A DNA stretch of 64,000 nucleotides, taken from assembly GCA_051362555.1 (NCBI GenBank), contig CM120648.1, positions 101,721 through 165,720 on the forward strand. The letters are read 5' to 3'. The DNA comes from Lingula anatina (Eukaryota; Animalia; Brachiopoda). The position numbers and the translations under genes were made by a program. Position 1 is the first letter of the stretch. The number at the start of each line of letters is the position of its first letter. Below the pieces are notes generated by a model, which saw only the letters and a list, made by a program, of their open reading frames with translations, was not told where the DNA came from and did not search any database. Below, piece after piece: positions 50,696 through 64,000 of this stretch.

Positions 50696-50851
50696 GGGGC
50701 CGTAGCAATAGTCCGAAGGTTCTATAGTCCGAGGTTCATTGGTCCGAATGTTCGCTATAGAACCTTGGCACCAATGAACCCTTGGTTAAAAAGCCGATGA
50801 AAATGTTACTATTTTTCGAATCAATGAACCTTCGGACTATCGAGACACCCC
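50696..50851. mobile_element. MITE of the same family as 35659, with 9-bp TSD (Mutator-like by TSD length)
   Basis: ggggccgtagcaatagtccgaaggttc...ttcggactatcgagacacccc flanked by CGTGAGCGC at 50687-50695 and 50852-50860. Confidence 0.85.
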
Positions 50852-51107
50852 CGTGAGCGCAAGAAATTAGAGCCCATTCCCAGAGAATATCGTACTATCT
50901 TTGGATCGAATATATCACGAAAATTAGCTTGTTGTTAACTAAAGTGTGATCTTTAGAAAAAGGTTACGCTGTCGCATAACATACCGGGCATGTATGTATA
51001 CAAATCATGCTATAGTTTCTCGGGACCGAGCTCTTATCCTTGTCGTCTTTGTGGACAAGGTGATATAGAAACAGGCCAAATAACCTTTGTTTTTTTAATT
51101 TTAAGAG

Positions 51108-51343
51108 TAATAACCTCCGCCAAGGAGGTTATGTTTTCACCCCTGTTTGTCTGTATGTCATCAACATAACTCCAAAAGTTATGGACCGATTTTGATGAAA
51201 TTTTCAGGAACTGTCAGAAGTGGGCCAAGGAAGAGATGATTAGTTTTTGGTGGTGATCCGGATCAATAATTAATCAATCATCAATAATAATGAAAATCGC
51301 TGCCTTGGCGGAGGTCTGCGCTGTCGGGAGTGCTTTTCTAGTT
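51108..51343. mobile_element. Short non-autonomous Helentron-like (HINE) element
   Basis: Subterminal IR acctccgccaagg / ccttggcggaggt, 5' hairpin taacctcc...ggaggtta and a ctagtt end. Second copy at 55500. Confidence 0.75.
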
Positions 51344-52420
51344 GTCTTTGTTTTTAATTTATATGTAGGCTTTGAGTGCTTGAACCACCGCCAGGTTTAG
51401 TTCACGCACAGTATTGATATTATTGTACTTCATAGTCTCTGACGTGACTAGTTATACAAATATAAGTACACAGGTTATGATGATGAGCAACAAAATGACA
51501 CATATGCGGATATGTCAAGTACAAAGATTTGTCACAGGCCACTTAAGTCAACTTCCAAAGTACACCATTAGCAGGAAACATTAAATGTTTTCTCTAAGAT
51601 TTTGGCAAGATGGCAGTCGTGCGTGCTTGCGTTTAATCAGACAGAACTACTGGTGGTAGAACTCACGGAAGTGTTCAGTGGGCCCCAGATCTGAAGGAGA
51701 GACGTCCACAGGGGTCACGTGCACCGGACCGCAGGTCGTCGAGGATTACGTTCAGACGCGGCACATGCCATTATAATTCAGTCTGAACACAGGGCGCGTT
51801 AGTAGTCTAAAATGTTGAAAAGCACACCTTTTGTACAGTATTTCACGGGTCTCTGACATCAGCGGGTACAATTATAACACCATACTACATGTATATATGT
51901 TCTTGAAGAACGCGAATGTACTGACACATGTACCAACTTCATGTCTATTGTTGTCTGGCAATGTAAGTTTTAAACATAAATACGAACCCATGATAAAGTG
52001 ATTATTTATTTTCATATTATTTAAATTAAAGTTTCAATCTTAAACACGAACACTAGATGATTCATGGATTTTTTTATTTTATCTGATCTTGTTAGATCAA
52101 AATCATTCAATATATATTACCATCCTGTATTATTTCGCTTGTCATGTTTTCATCAACATAAAGAAATTACATGCAACTAAGAAGTTATCAATCACTATAT
52201 ATATATGTATGTATCATCAACATCAAGACATAATTTAAAGCTAAATGAAGTTTTTTTGCAAAATAATGTCTTTTACCTTTTCTTACACTTAGAAAGTAAA
52301 CGAGTTTGACATAAAGTATAATATTTTATATTCATCAGTGCACATTGGAAATACTTGCTCATTGACAGTGTATAATGGTCTATAATTTTTATCCGCTTAT
52401 ATTAATATTGAGAAAAAAAC

Positions 52421-52594
52421 ACCAGTGTGACAGGAATGGTAGTCCACTAGGAACCGCATTTCATTCCCCATTACTTTGTACAGGTGACATTCGTCCCATT
52501 TACTAACCGCAATACTACGACTTACCGTAACCCGTACTAATTATATGAAAGCCCTGACTTCCATTGCTAGGACTACCATTCCTGAAACACCGGT
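52421..52594. mobile_element. MITE with ~25-bp imperfect TIRs
   Basis: accagtgtgacaggaatggtagtcc / ggactaccattcctgaaacaccggt. Confidence 0.7.
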
Positions 52595-54058
52595 TTCACT
52601 ATTGATGAATTAAGTACCCTATACACAAACATGAAAAGGCTGCTAAGATAATAAAAAATAATACGAAAGTGGCATGATTGTAACCTTCAGAAAATCAGAG
52701 AGGCACTGGCCACCTTATTAAGTACCACCAACGAAGTTTTGTAAAATAAGCAAAATCTATCTTTCCAAGTTTAACTTCTTCAATATACTCTATCTTATAT
52801 ACGTAAAAAAGCATTAAGTAAATATGGGATGAGATTTCTGAAAGAAAAAATTGTCTAGTTCATATTTCTAACATTTGAGAATTAGAATGAGTCATGTTTA
52901 ACAGCAACAAATCAGTTGGGTATGGCATCCACTTAATTATATAAAGAAACATATTTCTATGAAAATAAACACAAATAAATAAGTAAATAAATAAATAAAT
53001 AAATACATAAATAAATAAAAGAAACAGAAAATACAATTTTGATAAATTAAATCTTCTTAGAAACCACTATTTAAGCATGCATTTCACAACAATGGGTGTT
53101 ATAATTAAATTCTGTATACATGAAAACAAAACTTAGAAAGTAATGTAAACTGAGAATAAATATTTGAGGGAAGATACATTAAAAAACATTAGCAAGGCTA
53201 GTATATAAAGCATCAGCTATTTGGAGTGATCTGAACATAAAAAAAAATGAGTATATTTGACATGAAACCATAAATTCAGAATAAAAAGAAGAGCAATGAA
53301 CACCTATAACAGTTTCCTTAGTAAAGAAAGTTAGTTTATATTATGGCAGCAGACAAAATAAAAAAGCAGAAAAACAGGAAGAACTGTGCAAATGTGTTCT
53401 CCTTTCAAAAAAGAAAAAATTTACAAGTACAATATGTGTTAGTAAAGAAAATTTTGAGATTCCAGAAGATTCAAACAAAGTTTCCATTCACAAACATAAA
53501 AGAAAATTATCACATGAATGAAGGAAATAATTTCTTTCCAACAAAATGCTGCTACAAGATGAATTGTCAGATGTATATTAATGACTTGGAATATAAAAAG
53601 AGAATAAAACACCAAACCTTCTTCCTTTTACTAAAAAGGGAGAATAAAGAGTTAGATACACCAGTTTTTGATAAACTAAGTCAACAGGTGGAAGGATGTG
53701 TCAATGAGAGTGAATGAACACTGCACCTTACAAGGTCAAATGTCCATGTTATTGTATAGAATTATATGACTATATTGTGATTTTCACAATAAGTGTTATA
53801 TATATATATATAACACTTATTGTGATTTTCACTCTTAGATATTCTTCATGTCATGCTCCAAGTTATTGACTCCCCCTTTCATACATAGCAATACTTCCTA
53901 ATCAGTAAGAATACAGAAGTAATATTTCTTCAATAAACAGCTAATATTAAAAAAGCTCTAGACAGACATACTAAGAATTTCCATATAAGCTGTTCATTGA
54001 AGAAAAATCAGTACTTTAGGCTTATAACCTCACACAGCTGACGAAATTCTCCCACTAA

Positions 54059-61570
<7,512 letters not shown>

Positions 61571-62163
61571 CTGAAATGATGAAAACATGAATGAATGAAT
61601 GTACTCAGAACAGATGATCTGTGGACTAAATGATCCACCACACTAAATATAGCTGACTCCATTTAAAAACGATGCCACTAATTTCCTGATGGTCTCTCTG
61701 CTGCCACATGCGCCATCGCTACAGGACCCTAGCAATTAAACCTCGGAGATGAGATTAAATTCGTTTAATGGCACCATTCATGAAAAAAAGAATTAAAGAG
61801 GTTCAGGCAACATTACAATTCAGACACTGATAATTTCACCATAGTTTGACATAATTTGATTAAAAATTGAATGTTTCTAAAATATCATTTGACCATGGAA
61901 TAACCACCATGACAGAACGGATGAATGAATAGACAGTCAGACAGATAAGTATGTTACCATGACAACACAGCTGAAAAATAATCTAATCAACTTGGTTAAA
62001 TTGTTATGAGTTAATTATAAGCATTTTTCTTGACCTTCTCACATTTAGTGGTATACTTTTAAAGCAAGCATGGATGCCTTATGACACACTTTAACTAGTT
62101 TCTTATTTGACTAAAATCAAGTCAACATGCAAAGGGATAAACCAAATTAATCTTTTGTTCAGC

Positions 62164-62216
<53 letters not shown>

Positions 62217-63059
62217 TTTAAACTGCATCTTCTCAAACTCCTGGTTGTAAATTGATCTATCTAATTATATGAGTCCTCTCCAGTTGGTAAAAGTCCACCA
62301 AACTGACATTATAGTAATGTATAAGGCATGACTGCTGCATCCGCAATTAGACCAAGGCACAGAAAGCAAGAAGAAAATATCCACTTAGGGGGGACTATGA
62401 AATGGCACCCTTTGGTAGTTTTTAAAGTTCTGCTATTAATGAAACTGTTATTATATTGGTGACATTTGGTGGGATTGCGTGAGAAAAATTTGACATCAAA
62501 TACATCATCAAGTACTATTATAATAATAATCATAGCCTCTCATTGTGAAATTTCCCCATCTCACAAAACCTGACGTAATCTGCTTTGACATAACTTTTAA
62601 AAATCAGGAACTTCTCAGACCCTCTTTCCAGATGTTTTTCAAAGACACAACTCACCTGAAACTATCTAGGTACAACTTCTTTGTGATCAGATTACACCTT
62701 TGTCACACTACTGTAGTCACATTGACTTTTCTCTTTTCTTTTTTCAGCATACATATGAATGCAACATTCCTTTATTCTTTCCTATCTTAATTCCTATATT
62801 CTATTGCACCACAACGCTGCAATAATTTATCAACACCCCCGCCTACACAAAAATCCCTTCTGCATGTTTCCTAAGTGAGGGCATTATAGGCATTACCATG
62901 ACAACCCTGATGTTTCTGTGGAAAGGTCATTATGGGATAACCAGTTTCTTTTGTGATGAATTAATTGATCCCTTTTTATTACATTTTGTTATGCTCTCAG
63001 CTAGAATACTCTCTGGTGTATGTTGTGGTGAGGTGGCCTTATCAAGAAAGTGCTATCAG

Positions 63060-63187
63060 GGCTCCGTATCTCGAAAGGTTCGCTATGTTGCGCACGCGCA
63101 TTAGTGTCTCGATTCCATAACTGATTCTATTTCGAGATACGGGGCCATGGAATCGAGGTGCATTTGCACCTTTCGAGATACGGAGCC
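63060..63187. mobile_element. Small Harbinger-type MITE with CAG TSD
   Basis: Perfect 20-bp TIR ggctccgtatctcgaaaggt / acctttcgagatacggagcc, with CAG on both sides. Confidence 0.8.
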
Positions 63188-64000
63188 CAGGTTGGCTATT
63201 GACTACATGTAAAGTACTGAGGGAAAACAAGATGTATACTGACCATTTGAACTGATTTCTTTCTTTTTCATACATAAAGATACATGTCATGATTTTCATT
63301 ACAAGTATAATGGTCTAATCCATTTAACTCCTAAAATCTCATTTTGACTTTGGTTGGCAAAAAAAAAGTTATTTTAACTGGAAAAATACCCATTATCTAC
63401 TGAATGTGGCACTGCATGATTTAATATTAATGAATATCATTCCACAGAGAGACCTTGGGGCATTTGTCACATCCAGGGGGTTTCTATTACATACTAGTTG
63501 GACTAGTCCTAATAAAACCTGTAATTACCCTATGGAGAAAAGAGGGGTATTGTTTTTCATAAGCCTCTTGTAGCAATCAAGACCAGGTTAACTGGCTGTA
63601 TCAAACACCTGGGCTCTATACAGGTGACTCTTCAGCAATAGCCAGGTTACCTAGCTGTCAATCTCTGGAATCTGAGGCAAAGAGACTATTAATTCCCGGG
63701 ATAAATTTTCGGCCAAAATTTGAAGAAGGTGCAGCTGACAACTCTTTTATGGCTGATCCAGTGTTGAATCCAGTTTACACCTTGGCATGTTGCTTTATTT
63801 GAATCATGTAAGAAATTAGTAGAAGTGGTTTATTTGTGTTACTGGGAACCCACTCTCTACTGACACTCGATTCAAAGGTACTGGTACATGTACCTTCATA
63901 ACAAAAACATGCTCAAAATGTGCTGCCCAAATTCAGAAAGTCTAGCAATTAAATAAACTTAAAATTATTCTTACTGGTATACTTAAAACTACATGTACTT

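Noticed and set aside
53343-53717. 124-aa Lys-rich ORF
   Set aside because: Low-complexity A-rich sequence antisense to the probable ABCG 3' UTR.

Overview
AT-rich, intron-rich animal genomic DNA. The repeat content suggests a marine invertebrate such as a mollusc, which is inference only. Six host genes were rebuilt by hand from GT-AG exon chains: the 5' end of rootletin/CROCC (-), complete PEX2 (+), complete MAD2L2/REV7 (-), complete COPS7 (+, head-to-head with MAD2L2), an SLC5A8/12-like sodium:solute symporter (-) and a near-complete ABCG half-transporter (-). Mobile DNA comprises a young 5'-truncated LINE, a 2.1-kb element with a 5-bp TSD carrying a nested MITE, Helentron-like (HINE) elements and several MITEs. 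The most striking pattern is that five of the six genes carry tandem duplications straddling an exon-intron junction, so a real splice site plus part of its exon is echoed 2-7 times into the intron. These arrays range from near-perfect to heavily decayed. Other oddities are two candidate alternative first exons of rootletin sharing an MTDWxYxxY start, and an in-frame TAG 21 codons before what looks like the conserved SLC5A C-terminus.
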